Assembly: GCA_951406725.2 (NCBI GenBank)
Contig: OX597827.1
Span: forward strand, 72,230,001 to 72,294,000
DNA: 64,000 nucleotides
Source of the DNA: Octopus vulgaris
Lineage: Eukaryota
Direction of reading: 5' to 3'
The number at the start of each line of letters is the position of its first letter. The stretch's first letter is position 1. A program made the position numbers and the translations under genes. Shown here piece after piece: positions 13,761 to 26,559 of this stretch. Below the pieces are notes generated by a model that was given only the letters and a program-made list of their open reading frames with translations, was not told the DNA's origin and did not search any database.

Positions 13761-14439
13761 CACTCTGAGTGGTTGGCATTAGGAAGGGCATCCAACTGTA
13801 GAAACATTGCCAGATCAGATTGGAGCCTGGTGCAGCCTTCTGGCTTGCCAGCACTCAGTCAAACCGTCCAACCCATACCAGCATGGAAAGCAGACATTAA
13901 ACAACAATGATGATGATGAGTTCTAATAGCAGAGATGTTCTCTTAGAATGTAATTAGACTGTTTCTTGCATGTGAAAATGATATAAATATATTCAGTAGT
14001 TTAAACGGCCTTTAAGTTTTCAGAATTGGTGTCTGCTACGTCAAGGGCACTTGATGGGAAAATAGACATCAGATTGCAAAAACCCTGAAAACAGTTTGTG
14101 TGTACCTCAATTCTTAAAGGAACAAATGAGACAAAAACAAATGTTCAACATTTAACTGACAAAATTTTGGATCCGGTTTCTTGGACATTTTTGTATCATT
14201 GTCTTCATTAATGTCAGCTTTGGTATGATGGTCCATTGCTTGATGTCCTTCCTAACACCAACCACTTTACACATTGGGTACCTTTTTTTTTTTGTGACAC
14301 TAAGATAATCTAACTTAAACCCTTTAAACTTTAGTTTGAGGTTAGCAGTCACCAGGAGTTCCCTAAAACCCAAATTTATTTCCCTTTATTTTCCATAAGG
14401 TCTGAACAATAAAATTAAGATCAAATTGTTCCCTTAGCA

Positions 14440-14788
14440 CAGTGGTGGTCGACCTGGTTCCATATGGCCCTTAGGGTTCCATATGGCTCTTGGGGTTCCA
14501 TATGGCGCTTGGGGTTCCATATGGCACTTGGGGTTCCATATGGTCCTTGGGGTTCCATATGGTCCTTGGGGTTCCATATGAGATTCTGTTTACAAAATTT
14601 ATGACCACTAAACTGCTTATTCTTCTACAATGCACAAAATCTTTAAACAGTCTTTTTATATAAATACTAAAATTAATCATAAAAATACAATCAGATTTTT
14701 AGGCATTGAATGACTATGAGCCCCTCCCTGCTCTTGAGTAATATAGGAATCAATAGGGGTCCATAGGTGAAACATGGTTGAGAACCAC
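14440..14788. mobile_element. hAT-like MITE containing about seven copies of a 19-bp repeat (14455-14580)
   Basis: CAGTGG... / ...GGTTGAGAACCAC termini; unit GGGGTTCCATATGGCNCTT. Confidence 0.55.
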
Positions 14789-14868
14789 AATCCTAACATA
14801 TTCGAAAATTCCTTTGTGAATTATTTCCCTTTATTTCTCTTTAATCTGTTTTTTATTTTTGTTTTTAG

Positions 14869-14936
14869 GTTATGCTTACCAAGTCCTCAGAGGGCACTGC
14901 CTGCATTAGGACTAATGCTTACATGCATGTACTCAG
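14869..14936 (+). CDS. HTT: Huntingtin exon
   Basis: gtttttag| ... cag|gtaaat. LCLPSPQRALPALGLMLTCMYSG (human SPHRAMAALGLMLTCMYTG). Phase 2/1. Confidence 0.95.
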
Positions 14937-16269
14937 GTAAATATTGAGTGTTTTTCAATTCTCCTGTTGTGAACCCTTTTCTGCTTTTTAAGTTCCTGAT
15001 TCATGTTCAGGTCACTTTTGTCTTTCATTCTTAAAAGGTTAATAAAACGAGTTCTTGTCAGGCTCCAATTTTGATATCATTGACTGATAAATTCCTTTCA
15101 AAAACTTGTGACCTTCAACTGATGTTAGAATTCAATATTATTGTAGATATAATGCAGCATACTGGTAGAATTGCTAGCATGCCTGGCAAAATGTTTAGGG
15201 GCATTTCATCTGTCCTTACATTCTAAGTTCAATTTCTGTCAAGGTCAACTTTGCCTTTTATCCTTTGGGGATCTTTAAAATAAGTACCAGATCGAAATTG
15301 AAATCAAATGCGATGACTGGCATCCGTACTAGTGGAGCACTAAGAGTACCATACAAGCATGATCGGTGGCACGTAAAATCACCATTTGAGTGTGATCATT
15401 ACCTGCGTCACCCTACTGGCACTTGTGCTGGTGGCACGTCAAAAATCATTTGAGCGAGGCCATTGCCAGTGCCGCTGGACTGTCTCCTGTGCAGGTGGCA
15501 CATAAAAAGCACCATGTGAGCATGGCCATTGCCAGTACTGCCTGACTGGTCCTTGTGCCAGTGGCACATAAAAGCACCTAGGGGCAAGTGGTTGGTGTTA
15601 AGAAGGGCATCCAGCTGTAGAAACTCTGCCGGGTCAAATTGGACACTGGTGCAGCCATCTGGTTCACCAGTCCTCAGTCAAATCGTCCAACCCATGCCAG
15701 CATGGAAAGCGGACGTTAAATGATGATGATGATGATGAGTACTGGGGTCGATGTAAATGACTAGCCCTTCCGCCCCAAAATTGCCGGCTTTGTGCTAAAA
15801 TTTGAAACCAATGTTCTTGATACAAAGTGGTCGGCCGGTAGAACCGTTAGCATGCCAACCAAAATGCTTAGCAGCATTCTGACCACCACTGTGTCCAAAC
15901 CCTGCCTTTCATCCTTTCATGGTCAATAAATTAAGTACCAGTTGAGCACAGAGTTGGGGGTTGATGTAATTGGCTAGCTCCCTCCCCTGAAATAGCTGTC
16001 TTGTACCAAAATTTGTTGATTATTTCTCCACCCTTATTGTTGCTTGGTCACCTGATTAAGATGTGCATTTTGCAACCATGCGACCCGAGTTTAAATGAAC
16101 TCACCCTTTCAGCTTTACCCTCACATGGAAACATTTGTAAGTGCTTTTACAGCAAGTGAGTGTTATAAAGCTATATTCTCCTGCCAAGTAGCCAAACTTC
16201 TTTTCATAGCTTCTCTTCTCCTTCTGTATCTTTAACTCCTACTACTACTGCGACGACGACAACCACCTG

Positions 16270-16610
16270 TAGCCTAAAGTACTATAATAACCCATTTGAA
16301 ACCCTTAGTACTCTAATATCCCACAAGTACTCTGGTATCCTACACATAGCCCCAAATACTTTAACACCCACATGTAGCCCCAAGTACTCTAATACCCCAC
16401 ATGTAACCTCAGTTACTCTAATGACCCACATGTAGCCTTAAGTACTTTATATTCCACATGTTACCCCACATACTCTAATATCCCTCATATTGCCTCAAGT
16501 ACTCTTACATTCCATGTTACCCAACACACTCCAATATCTGACACATGACCCTTAGTACTCTAATATCCCACATAAAGCCCCAAGTACCCTAATATCTCCC
16601 ACACAGCTTT
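16270..16610. repeat. Degenerate ~30-bp tandem repeat
   Basis: Recurrent CCCAAGTACTCTAATA.CCCACATGTAG variants. Confidence 0.7.
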
Positions 16611-16697
16611 AAGTTTACAGGCTTCCCACTCCCTTTTGTTTTGATTCATCACTTGTTATAACTTTCACCTTTTCTTTTTGTCTTTCGTCCCCTAAAG

Positions 16698-16839
16698 GCA
16701 AGCAGTTTGAACAATTTAGCCCTACTCCACGTGATACTGTGTTCAACTCCTCCAACTCCGATCCGGACTATGTTGTTGTCTACCAGGATCCTGAGACCCT
16801 TATACTGGCAATGGAAAGAATCACTGTGCTGTTTGATCG
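16698..16839 (+). CDS. HTT: Huntingtin exon
   Basis: cctaaag| ... cg|gtgagt. KQFEQFSPTPRDTVFNSSNSDPDYVVVYQDPETLILAMERITVLFDR (human VAMERVSVLFDR). Phase 1/2. Confidence 0.93.
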
Positions 16840-17264
16840 GTGAGTCGAGATTTTCAGCTTTCCCATGCACCCAAAATATTACCCCTTACCAAGCATCCTC
16901 CACCCCGACACTCTGTGGAAGAGATGGCATATGTAGATGATGGGGAATCTGGTTAGGTCGAAGTAAATACAAAAAAATTGTTTTTAAAGTGAAGGCACAT
17001 ATGTGTGTAAGTTAGGTTCACACACAGTCATCTTGAAAACGGGAGGACACATTACAGAATGTAGTTCTAGATATACAAAAAAAATGGGTTGGTCATGGCT
17101 GGAATGCCTTTCGTCTGAAGTAGGCCTGCTTGATCGAGGGGAGGGTTCTAAACAGCATAACTTACAGACCTCACGTATCCATTTCAGTGAAAGGCTTTGC
17201 ATAATTATTTTGTTTCTACCCTCCACGCCAGAGCTCTGCGACCTTTTTTCCACTTGTGGCACAC

Positions 17265-17484
17265 TTACTCTTTTACTCTTTTACTTGTTTCAGTCATTTG
17301 ACTGTGGCCATGCTGGAGCACCGCCTTTAGTCGAGCAAATCGACCCCGGGACTTATTCTTTGTAAGCCCAGTACTTATTCTATCGGTCTCTTTTGCCGAA
17401 CCACTAAGTGACGGGGACGTAAACACACCAGCATCAGTTGTCAAGCAATGCTAGGGGGACAAACACAGACACACAAACACATAT

Positions 17485-17519
<35 letters not shown>

Positions 17520-18190
17520 CGACAGGCTTCTTTCAGTTTCCGTCTACCAAATCCAATCACAAGGCTATAGCAGAAGACACTTGCCCAAGATGCCACGCAG
17601 TGGGACTGAACCCGGAACCACGTGGTTGGTTAGCAAGCTACTTACCACACAGCCACTCCTGCGCCTAATACACTTATACGCTTTTCAAAATTCGGTGGCA
17701 CATCTGAGCTAAATATATAACTAAAAGTATAGGGGAAAAAATTATATGCAAGTTACACTGTGGCACGTCACTGTGCCATGGCATATCGGTTGCGGTGAAT
17801 TGCTTTACACAATCATCAACAAATTACACCCACTGTCTACTCTTTACTCTTTTACTCTTTTACTTGTTTCAGTCATTTGACTGCGGCCATGCTGGGGCAC
17901 CGCCTTTTTAATTGAGCAACTCGACTCTGGGACTTATTCTTTTGTAAGCCCAGTACTTATTCTATCGGTCTCTTTTGCCGAACCGCTAAGTAACGGGGAC
18001 ATAAACACACCAGCATCGGTTGTCAAGCAATGCTAGGACGGGCTTCTTTCAGTTTCCGTCTACCAAATCCACTCACAAGGCTTTGGTCGGCCCGAGGCTA
18101 TAGTAGAAGACACTTGCCCAAGATGCCATGCAGTGGGACTGAACCTGGAATCATGTGGTTGGTAAACAAACTACTTACCACACAGCCACT
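17265..18190 (-). mobile_element. Two SINE-A copies (17265-17665; 17840-18190 internally deleted)
   Basis: Same sequence as 3291-3710. Confidence 0.85.
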
Positions 18191-18268
18191 GTCTGTCTGT
18201 TTGTCTGTTAAAAATAAATGAATGCAAGTAAAAGAAACCTAATCTTTATTTTTTTGATCTTGTTGCAG

Positions 18269-18431
18269 AATTCGTAAAGGTTTTCCATATGAGGCAAGCA
18301 TTGTGACCCGTATCCTGCCCGAGTTTCTGGCCGATTTCTTCCCACCTCAAGACATCATGAACAAAGTGATTGGCGAGTTCATTTCCAGCCAACAGCCTCA
18401 CCCACTGCTCATAGCAAAAGTAGTCTTTCGG
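18269..18431 (+). CDS. HTT: Huntingtin exon
   Basis: ttgcag| ... cgg|gtatgt. [54 protein letters not shown], containing the highly conserved [15 protein letters not shown]. Phase 2/0. Confidence 0.97.
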
Positions 18432-18616
18432 GTATGTTAACCCTACCCTAGCCAGCCATTGCTGGACCTTTTCTCTCTCTCTCTCTCTCTCTCTGTCTCG
18501 CTCTTCACCATAACCACTACAATCATTGTTCAGATTGGAGTCTGGTGCAGCCATCTGGTTCGCCAGACCTCAGTCAAATCGTCCAACCCATGCTAGCATG
18601 GAAAGCGGGCGTTAAA

Positions 18617-18670
18617 CGATGATGGTGATGATGATGATGATGATGAAGCCGCAATAATTATGCACCAACC

Positions 18671-18701
<31 letters not shown>

Positions 18702-19285
18702 GATGATAATAATAATAATGATAATGATAATGATGATGATAATAATAATAATAATGATATTGATGATGATGATAATAATAATGATAATGATAATGATGAT
18801 GATGATAATGATGATAATAATAATAATAATAATGATAATAATAATAATAATAATGATGATGATAATAATAATAATAATAATGATAATAATAATAATAATG
18901 ATAATGATGATAATAATGATGATAATAATGATAATAATGATAATGATGATGATAATAAAATAATGATAATGATGATGATAATAAAATAATGATTATGATG
19001 ATGATAATGATAATGATGATGATGATGATAATAATAATAATGATAACAATAATAATAATGATAATGATGATGATGATAATAATAATAATGATAATAATAA
19101 TAATGATAATGATGATGATAATAATAATAATGATAATGATGATGATAATAATAATAATAATAATGATGATGATAATAATGATTATGATGATGATGATGAT
19201 AATGATAATAATGATGATGATAATAATGATGATTATGATGATGATGATGATAATGATAATAATGATGATGATAATAATGATGATT

Positions 19286-19326
<41 letters not shown>

Positions 19327-19330
19327 AATG
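18617..19330. repeat. Mixed (GAT/AAT)n trinucleotide expansion, ~700 bp
   Basis: Directly visible; begins at the (GAT)n tail of an RTE-type 3' end (18530-18645). Confidence 0.95.
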
Positions 19331-19348
19331 TTTCTGTTCCAATTTCAG

Positions 19349-19509
19349 GTATTTTATCATTTACACCAACAGAATCAACAAGTCCTTGTCCGGGATTGGG
19401 TTATGTTGTCTCTGTCGAATTTCACTCAAAGGACTCCTGTTGCCATGGCAGTGTGGAGCCTCACCTGTTTTTTCATCAGTGCCTCTACAAACCATTGGCT
19501 AAAAGCTCT
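19349..19509 (+). CDS. HTT: Huntingtin penultimate coding exon
   Basis: tttcag| ... ct|gtatcctt. [54 protein letters not shown], containing the conserved [15 protein letters not shown]. Phase 0/2. Confidence 0.97.
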
Positions 19510-19783
19510 GTATCCTTCATTTTGTCTGTGCGTCCTTATGCATTGTTGTTGCCGTTGTTGAATCTATTGCCATTGTTGTTTTAGTCCAGTGGTTCCCAAA
19601 GTGGGCAGTACTGACCCCGTGGGGGTGGTGGAAAGATCCAGGAGCACACGTGTCTGAAGCGTGCTCAGCCGCTTGCACGTTAATTTCACAAGCAGGCTGT
19701 TCCGTTGATTCGGATCAACTGGAACCCTCGTCGTTGGAACCGATGGAGTGCCATGATATTAAAGCTCTACTAATAGTTTCATA

Positions 19784-19937
19784 TACTCTTTACTCTTTTA
19801 CTTGTTTCAGTCATTTTGACTGCGGCCATGCTGGAGCACCGCCTTTAGTCGAGCAAATCGACCCCAGGACTTATTCTTTGTAAGCCCAGTACAATCGGTT
19901 GTCAAGCAATGCTAGGGGGACAACCAAAGACACACAA

Positions 19938-19992
<55 letters not shown>

Positions 19993-20158
19993 TACGACAG
20001 GCTTCTTTTCAGTTTCCGTCTACCAAATCCACTCACAAGGCTTTGGTCGGCCCGGGGCTATAGCAGAAGACACTTGCCCAAGATGCCACGCAGTGGGACT
20101 GAATCCGGAACTATGTGGTTGGTTAGCAAGCTACTTACCACACAGCCACCCCTGCGCC
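19784..20158 (-). mobile_element. SINE-A copy in the U12 intron
   Basis: Same sequence as 3291-3710. Confidence 0.85.
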
Positions 20159-20379
20159 TGTTGAGAGAACACAAACATATTTTTCAGGCACAAACCACAT
20201 CTCATAACGAATTAAAGAAACTGAATAATAGAAGAAATGCAAAAATCTGAGAAGACAGCATAGAGAAAATGCAGAAAGTAAACAACGGTAAACAAAAAAG
20301 AGAAACTAAAATGTCAAAAACAAAAAGTAGAAAGGTCAAAGACCTCTCCTCCTTAGACCTTAAAAGATGAGGCTGGAAA

Positions 20380-20640
20380 GATGGAATTTTCCAGTTCTTC
20401 AGAATATATTTATACATATGCGGACAACCATTGAAAATTTCTGACCTGGAGTTCAATAGAGAGTTAGGAATCTTAGATCGGAAGAGGATCTGTACTCTTT
20501 CAGCCAAACTAAGTCTGCATTTATTTGATCCATTCACATAAGGTATGGATTTCTCAATTACTGTCCATTTAATCACATGCGGTGTTTCATTACTTTTTAA
20601 AGTCCATACGTAGCTAGCCAACTTAGTAGCTTTACTTTTG
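20380..20640 (-). mobile_element. Penelope-like element fragment, C-terminal GIY-YIG endonuclease region, inside the HTT U12 intron
   Basis: TKLASYVWTLK...IKWTVIEKSIPYVNGSNKCRLSLAERVQIL...LLNSRSEIFNGCPHMYKY matches the PLE pattern T.L...W.LK...C.LC..EK...LLN.RSE....C.H. Confidence 0.8.
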
Positions 20641-20821
20641 TCCATGCAGTCCAAAGTGCCATGCAGTAGGACTGAACCCGGAACCATTTTGTTGGGAACC
20701 AAGCTTCTTACCACACCTGTACCTGTACCTGTGAAGTCTTATTTATTTATTTGCATATTTTTTGTATGTTTCTCTTCTTTTTTGTTGTTGTTGTTGTTTG
20801 TTTTCCTTTACCCTAAACTAG

Positions 20822-21014
20822 ATTTCCACACGTTCTTGGACGAATGGGAAAAATGGAGACGATGGACTGTAAACTTTTCTGCCTAGCTGCATTGGACTTC
20901 CGCCGGCAGCTGGACGAAAACCAGGAGCGCGCTTTTCACTCTACATTCCAGTATGTTGCTCAACCAGATAGCCCCTACCAGGAGCTGCTGTCATGTTGTG
21001 GTACAAACTCTTAG
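20822..21014 (+). CDS. HTT: Huntingtin final coding exon (to stop)
   Basis: ctag|ATTTCCACAC. FPHVLGRMGKMETMDCKLFCLAALDFRRQLDENQERAFHSTFQYVAQPDSPYQELLSCCGTNS, then TAG at 21012-21014; matches the human C-terminus (LPHVISRMGKLE...GSPYHRLL). Confidence 0.95.
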
Positions 21015-21357
21015 CAGTGTGTGTAAATATATATATATATGTATATGTACGTGTGTATGTATGGCAGTGTGTGCGTGCGCAAGTGTATCTGTGTGTGTGT
21101 GCATGTATGTCTTCATGCATATATATCTATATCTATATATATATATATCTATCTATATATATATATATGTAATATATGCATTTATATGTATATTATATAT
21201 GTACATATATAAATGTATATAATATAGACATTTATATATATATTATACATTTATATATCTTTATATATATTTATACATATATAACATATATTCATATTTA
21301 TGTAGTATATATATTTACATATATGTATATACTTATGTATATATACACTTATATGTA

Positions 21358-21388
<31 letters not shown>

Positions 21389-22124
21389 ATCCTAGCTTTA
21401 CACATATACATTGATGTACACACATTTGCAGTAAACATCCGTTATGGACAAACATGAACCTGTCCTCTCTCTGTCTTACATTCTCTTTCTCACTCTAGAC
21501 ATCCTCACATTTCAGTTTTATTTTGTCTCTTCTTCTTTTCCATCCTCTCCCTTTCTCTCTCTCTCTCTCTCTCGCTCTCCTCCTGTCTGCTCTTTCTCCT
21601 CTCTCTTTCACTTTGAATTTGAATTTGCAGGAACTGGTAGTAAAAACATAAATTTACTATTAAAAAAAAAAAAAGACAAAACAAAATAAAACGAAATTAT
21701 TCTGGTTCCTTTTTATTGAAAAATGTAAAAGGATTTGTTGAGAGAGAAGTGATTCTTGTGAGCTTCTTCAGGAAAGACTTATTTTTATACATATACCAGA
21801 CTGCCTGTGATCTGCCGTTCAAGAATTTGGACCTGGAGATCTCCATTTCCAGCGACTTCGAGGGCCACCTCCCAGTGGTGTCGGGCATCAACGAAGAGCC
21901 CTCGACTACAACACAACCAAAGTTTTTTTTTTTTTTCCAAGGTCTGGGGGCTCCCACCCCTAAGCCCTAGACCATCATCTAATCACCCTTACCCGTCTTG
22001 TTGCTTAAAGACAACAATAACAGCCTGTGATCTGCTGGGTTGCTGGCGGTTCTGATTATAAAATGAAGCTGATTTCAACATTGCATTGAAACGAAAGTGA
22101 ATTTTTATGATGATTCAGTTAACC

Positions 22125-22613
22125 CAGGGTTTCTCAACCAGGGTTTCCTTGAACCCTAGGGTTCTGCAAAAGGTTCCTAGTGGTTCTGTGAGAAAGAGTG
22201 AGATAAGCTAATGCTAATTTCATGATTGTAATATTACTAGACATGCACAACATGCATTGGTTGTTGTAATATTGTTATATAGACATCTGCTCGCGATACC
22301 AGAAGGCGGACACTCTCCTACCCTGATGTAATCTCCAGGGATACAGGCATCAAGCAACAGGACCTCCGTAATGCTATGATGGACCGTAAATTCCATTGTC
22401 TCGACCATGGTTGAACAATGATGATGATGATAGATCTCATCCTATCTAACTTATGTTATCAAAAAAATATAACACAAATATCCATATATTTACCACGTGA
22501 ACTATGATGAAAGAAAATATGAGAAAGATATGGTATATAATTTTCTTTTGTGCAGGGGTTCCTTGAGACTTATAATTTATTTTAAGGGTTACATAAAAGG
22601 TTGAGAAACACTG
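22125..22613. mobile_element. hAT-superfamily MITE with 8-bp target site duplication
   Basis: TIRs CAGGGTTTCTCAACC / GGTTGAGAAACACTG flanked by AGTTAACC (22117-24) and AGCTAACC (22614-21). Confidence 0.8.
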
Positions 22614-23252
22614 AGCTAACCACAAACAAAACTGGCAACACTACAGATGTGTACCTCCCTCCCCCACCGACTTTGTTGCCTCATAACTTCCAGAAAAATG
22701 AATAACTTTTAACAAAAATTTTCAACAGATATCGCTTAGGCGCTGTGGATTCAGAATATATAGGGATTTATGGAAAAGAGTTTTTTTTTGAAGGGCTAGG
22801 GAGAGGAGTGTTGGAAAATTCACATGATCCAATTTTTCCTTCATAACATTTAGGAAAACGGATATCTTTTAATAAAATTTTATACGAATATCAGATGGCA
22901 TAGATTACAATTAATAAGAAATTTCTGGGGAAACTTTTTTCTGAGGTGGTCGGGAGAGGATTTTCAAAAAACAAAGTTTCACATCAGGAAAGCCAAATTT
23001 GTTGGGACTACTCTGTTTTGATGGGGATTTCCTCCTTTTTCTTTTTAAACCATAGCCTTCAAAATGATGTGGGCGAGGAACATCTTTTTATGAAAAAAAG
23101 TTTGAAAAAAATTTTTTTTGTACAACTACACCCCCTTCATCATCACACTCCAGACTGATTTGGGCCAAATTTTTTGCACTTCAAAACCATAGGTAAAAAA
23201 AAAGAGAAAATATTGAAAAAATTGTTAATATTTTAAGAGGAAAAAGTGAGTG

Positions 23253-23967
23253 ATTACTGTGTTTCTGTTGAGATGCTCTGTGTTTCTTTCAATTAGTTTT
23301 AAATATAACAAAGAATTTAGTAAAATAACTTCGTTATCATTCAGCTAGTGTTAGGAACATAAATTGTGACTAAGGTTTGGTGGAAGATTTTAATTAAAAA
23401 CTTATGAAAACAAGACATTTGTACTCAGAGCCAGAGCCAGTTTCAGCCAGGTTGGTATCAAAAGGGTTAAGAATTGTTTCTCTATTATATATTTTAACCC
23501 TTTTGTTACCATATTTCTGTGGAGATGCTCTGTGTTTCTTTTAATTAATTTTAAATATAACACAGAATTTAGTAAAATAACTAACTTATCATTAAGCTAG
23601 TGTTAGGAACATAAATTGTGACTAAGGTTTGGTGGAAGATTTTAATTCAAAACTTATGAAAACAAGACATTTGTACTCAGAGCCAGTTTCGGCCAGGTTG
23701 GTATCAAAAGAGTTAAGAATTGTTTCTCTATTATATATTTTAACCCTTTCATTACTGCATTTATTTTGAGATGCTCTGTATTTCTTTCAATTACTTTAAA
23801 TATAACAAAGAATTTAGTAAAATAACTTAGTTATCATTAAGCTGGTGTTAGGAACATAAATTGTAACTAAGGTTTGGTGGAAGATTTTAATTCAAAACTT
23901 ATGTAAACAAAACATTTGTACTCAGAGTCAGAGCCGGTTTCAGCCAGGTTGGTATCGAAAGAGTTAA
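23253..23967. mobile_element. Tandem trimer of piggyBac-type MITE family 1
   Basis: Three ~245-bp units joined by the spacer GAATTGTTTCTCTATTATATAT. Confidence 0.85.
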
Positions 23968-24219
23968 GGGAGATTTGGCAGTTGTTTCCAGCACAACCCT
24001 CCTTGTTTCTTTCTCACTCTCTAATGTATTGATGTTTTTCAATACTTTTCTCCTAATAAAAACACTTATTTGCTATAAAAAAAATCTGAAGAATTATGAT
24101 TTTTTTTTTGCAATCCCACTCTCTACCTTCCTGATTGTTTTTCTGTTTATAAATTAAAATATTGGAGAGTCTGAGAAGCTCATTGCTGCCATTTATCCAC
24201 AGTGGTATGTAAATGATAA

Positions 24220-24718
24220 AGGCAACGAGCTGGCAGAACCGTTAGCACGCCGGGCGCAATGCTTAGCGGTATTTCGTCTGCCGCTACGTTCTGAGTTCAA
24301 ATTCCGCCGAGATCGACTTTGCCTTTCATCCTTTCGGGGTCGATTAAATAAGTACCAGTTACGCACTGGAGTCCCTTTCGGGGTCGATTAAATAAGTACC
24401 AGTTACGCACTGGAGTCCCTTTCGGGGTCGATTAAATAAGTACCAGTTACGCACTGGAGTCCCTTTCGGGGTCGATTAAATAAGTACCAGTTACGCACTG
24501 GAGTCCCTTTCGGGGTCGATTAAATAAGTACCAGTTACGCACTGGAGTCCCTTTCGGGGTCGATTAAATAAGTACCAGTTACGCACTGGAGTCCCTTTCG
24601 GGGTCGATTAAATAAGTACCAGTTACGCACTGGAGTCGATATAATCGACTTAATCCGTTTGTCTGTCCTTGTTTGTCCCCTCTATGTTTAGCCCCTTGTG
24701 GGTAGTAAAGAAATAGGT
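24220..24718 (+). mobile_element. SINE-B with 7x 44-bp internal tandem amplification (24329-24636)
   Basis: Unit CCCTTTCGGGGTCGATTAAATAAGTACCAGTTACGCACTGGAGT, essentially identical copies. Confidence 0.9.
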
Positions 24719-25214
24719 ATGTAAATGATAATTCATTTTAATAACATGCTCATCTCTTAGAAAATGTCCTTTTCTTTACATGCACACACGGCTTCGTTTG
24801 ATTGAGGTGGAGGTAAAAATTTAGATTACAATTTTTTTTTGTTGCTTATATTCCACCAATGGACCACGCATGTTATTTCGGCATTATCAATTCATAAAAT
24901 ATGTTTAATGGGAGAAAAATATTGAGAAAACACTTATACATGTGAGAGTGAAAATGGAGGGTGGTTTGGGATGTGCTAGAAACAGCAGTCAAATCTCCCT
25001 TGAATTGTACACCTTTTCCACTGAAAATATTTACATTTTTTTTTCCTACTGGAAAGGCTCCTTCTATAGTTTTTAACTTTAAAAAACAAAATTTGCCAAA
25101 ATCCATCCAGAGTGGGATGGTGAGGAATTTCAAAACTTTTCGAAACTTATTTTCAGTTCGAAGGCTGTGGTGAAATTAAAAAAATGGGGAAAATTCCCAT
25201 CAAATTGGAGTAGT

Positions 25215-25720
25215 TTACTCAGCATAGCCACCCTCAGCTTCAACCATGGCCTTTAAATGGATCTGGAACTTGGTGCATGCGTTCATCACTGTGCGCCTGG
25301 GAAGGTCTTCAAATACCTCCTTGATCTTGGCCACCAGCTCAGCCTTGGTTATGTAAGCAGAGCAGTTGGTGTCTTTCTCAACTGCATCCCCACTCATAGT
25401 AATCCATGGGATTACAGTCACAGGAATTAGAAGACGAGAAATTGTGGCTGGCAAAGTCATAGAAATTCTCTGACAACTGCTTCTGACTCTGGAAATATGA
25501 CAAGGAACCGAATCCTGCTGCAACACATGTGGTCTTCCACTAGCAAACACCCTCAAGCCAAGGACTGACCACAGGCTCCAACAGCTTCACATAATCGTCT
25601 GAATTAAGCCTAAGGCCTTATTCAATGATGACGTCTCCCTTAATGGAGGCGCATTTAAAGACCATTACAGTTGGGGGGGAAACTTGGTTTTATAATCATG
25701 TCCATATCATGTCTTATAGC
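25215..25720 (-). mobile_element. Tc1/mariner-superfamily transposase relic (frameshifted)
   Basis: QQDS.PCH, a decayed SPD.NP.DY segment and C-terminal LKAMVEAEGGY are typical of the DDD catalytic domain. Confidence 0.8.
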
Positions 25721-25847
25721 CTTTACAGTGTTCACAGAGCACTGAGCAGGAATCATATCAGCATTTTAATGCCTGGCATGAACCTTCCTGAAACAGGTAA
25801 CTTTTTCCCAGTCCTCCATGTCAGGTAACTTTTTCTCAAGTACAACT

Positions 25848-26076
25848 TTAACCCTTTAGCATTTAAACCGGCCATATCCGGCCAAAAGTATTCTGACTGT
25901 TTTATGTTCAAACTGGCCAGATCTGGTCTCTCACACCAACCCTACAATATTGCTTTAAAAATTAACAGCTACCTCATCATAATCTCATAGCTACAAGATA
26001 ATGCATGATTAGTTCAAAACAATGTGGATAAAAAAGGATTAATTTTGGCAGAATAATGCGAACACTAAAGGGTTAA
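25848..26076. mobile_element. piggyBac-type MITE, family 2 (also ~44582-44800 and decayed copies)
   Basis: TTAACCCTTTAGCA...CTAAAGGGTTAA termini. Confidence 0.7.
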
Positions 26077-26559
26077 TCTTTATGCTCTCCAATATCATTG
26101 ACTATTCACCAATACATCAAGCTCTTCCTGAAAACAAGGAGACTAAAACAAAAATAAATTAGTCAGAACACCCTGTATATCATCATCATCGTTTAACGTC
26201 CGTTCTCCATGCTAGCATGGGTTGGACGGTTCGACCGGGGATCTGGGAAGCCAGAAGGCTGCACCAGGCTCCGGTCTTATCTGGCAGTGTTTCTACAGCT
26301 GGATGCCCTTCCTAACACCAACTACTCTGTGAGTGTAGTGGGTGCTTTTTACGTGCCACCTGCACGGAAGCCAGTCGAGGCGGCACTGGCTTCGGCCACG
26401 ATTCGGATGGTGCTTTTTACGTATATATAAGACACAAAGCCAGCAATCTTCTCAATGATCTGAATATCAGTCCAGAACAGCTTTACCTGGTTCCAGAAAA
26501 AAATCCCTGCAATTTCCCAATATCACATTATTTAATAATAATAATTGTTATTATTAATT

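Larger units (their letters stand above)
19510..20821 (+). other. U12-type (minor spliceosome) GT-AG intron, last intron of the HTT CDS
   Basis: 5' splice site GTATCCTT (19510-19517) equals the U12 consensus. Branch-site-like TTTTCCTTTAC at 20801-20811, with its A 11 nt before the AG. Confidence 0.9.

Noticed and set aside
21716-21970. GC-richer 84-aa ORF downstream of HTT
   Set aside because: No recognisable homology, non-ATG start; probably 3' UTR.
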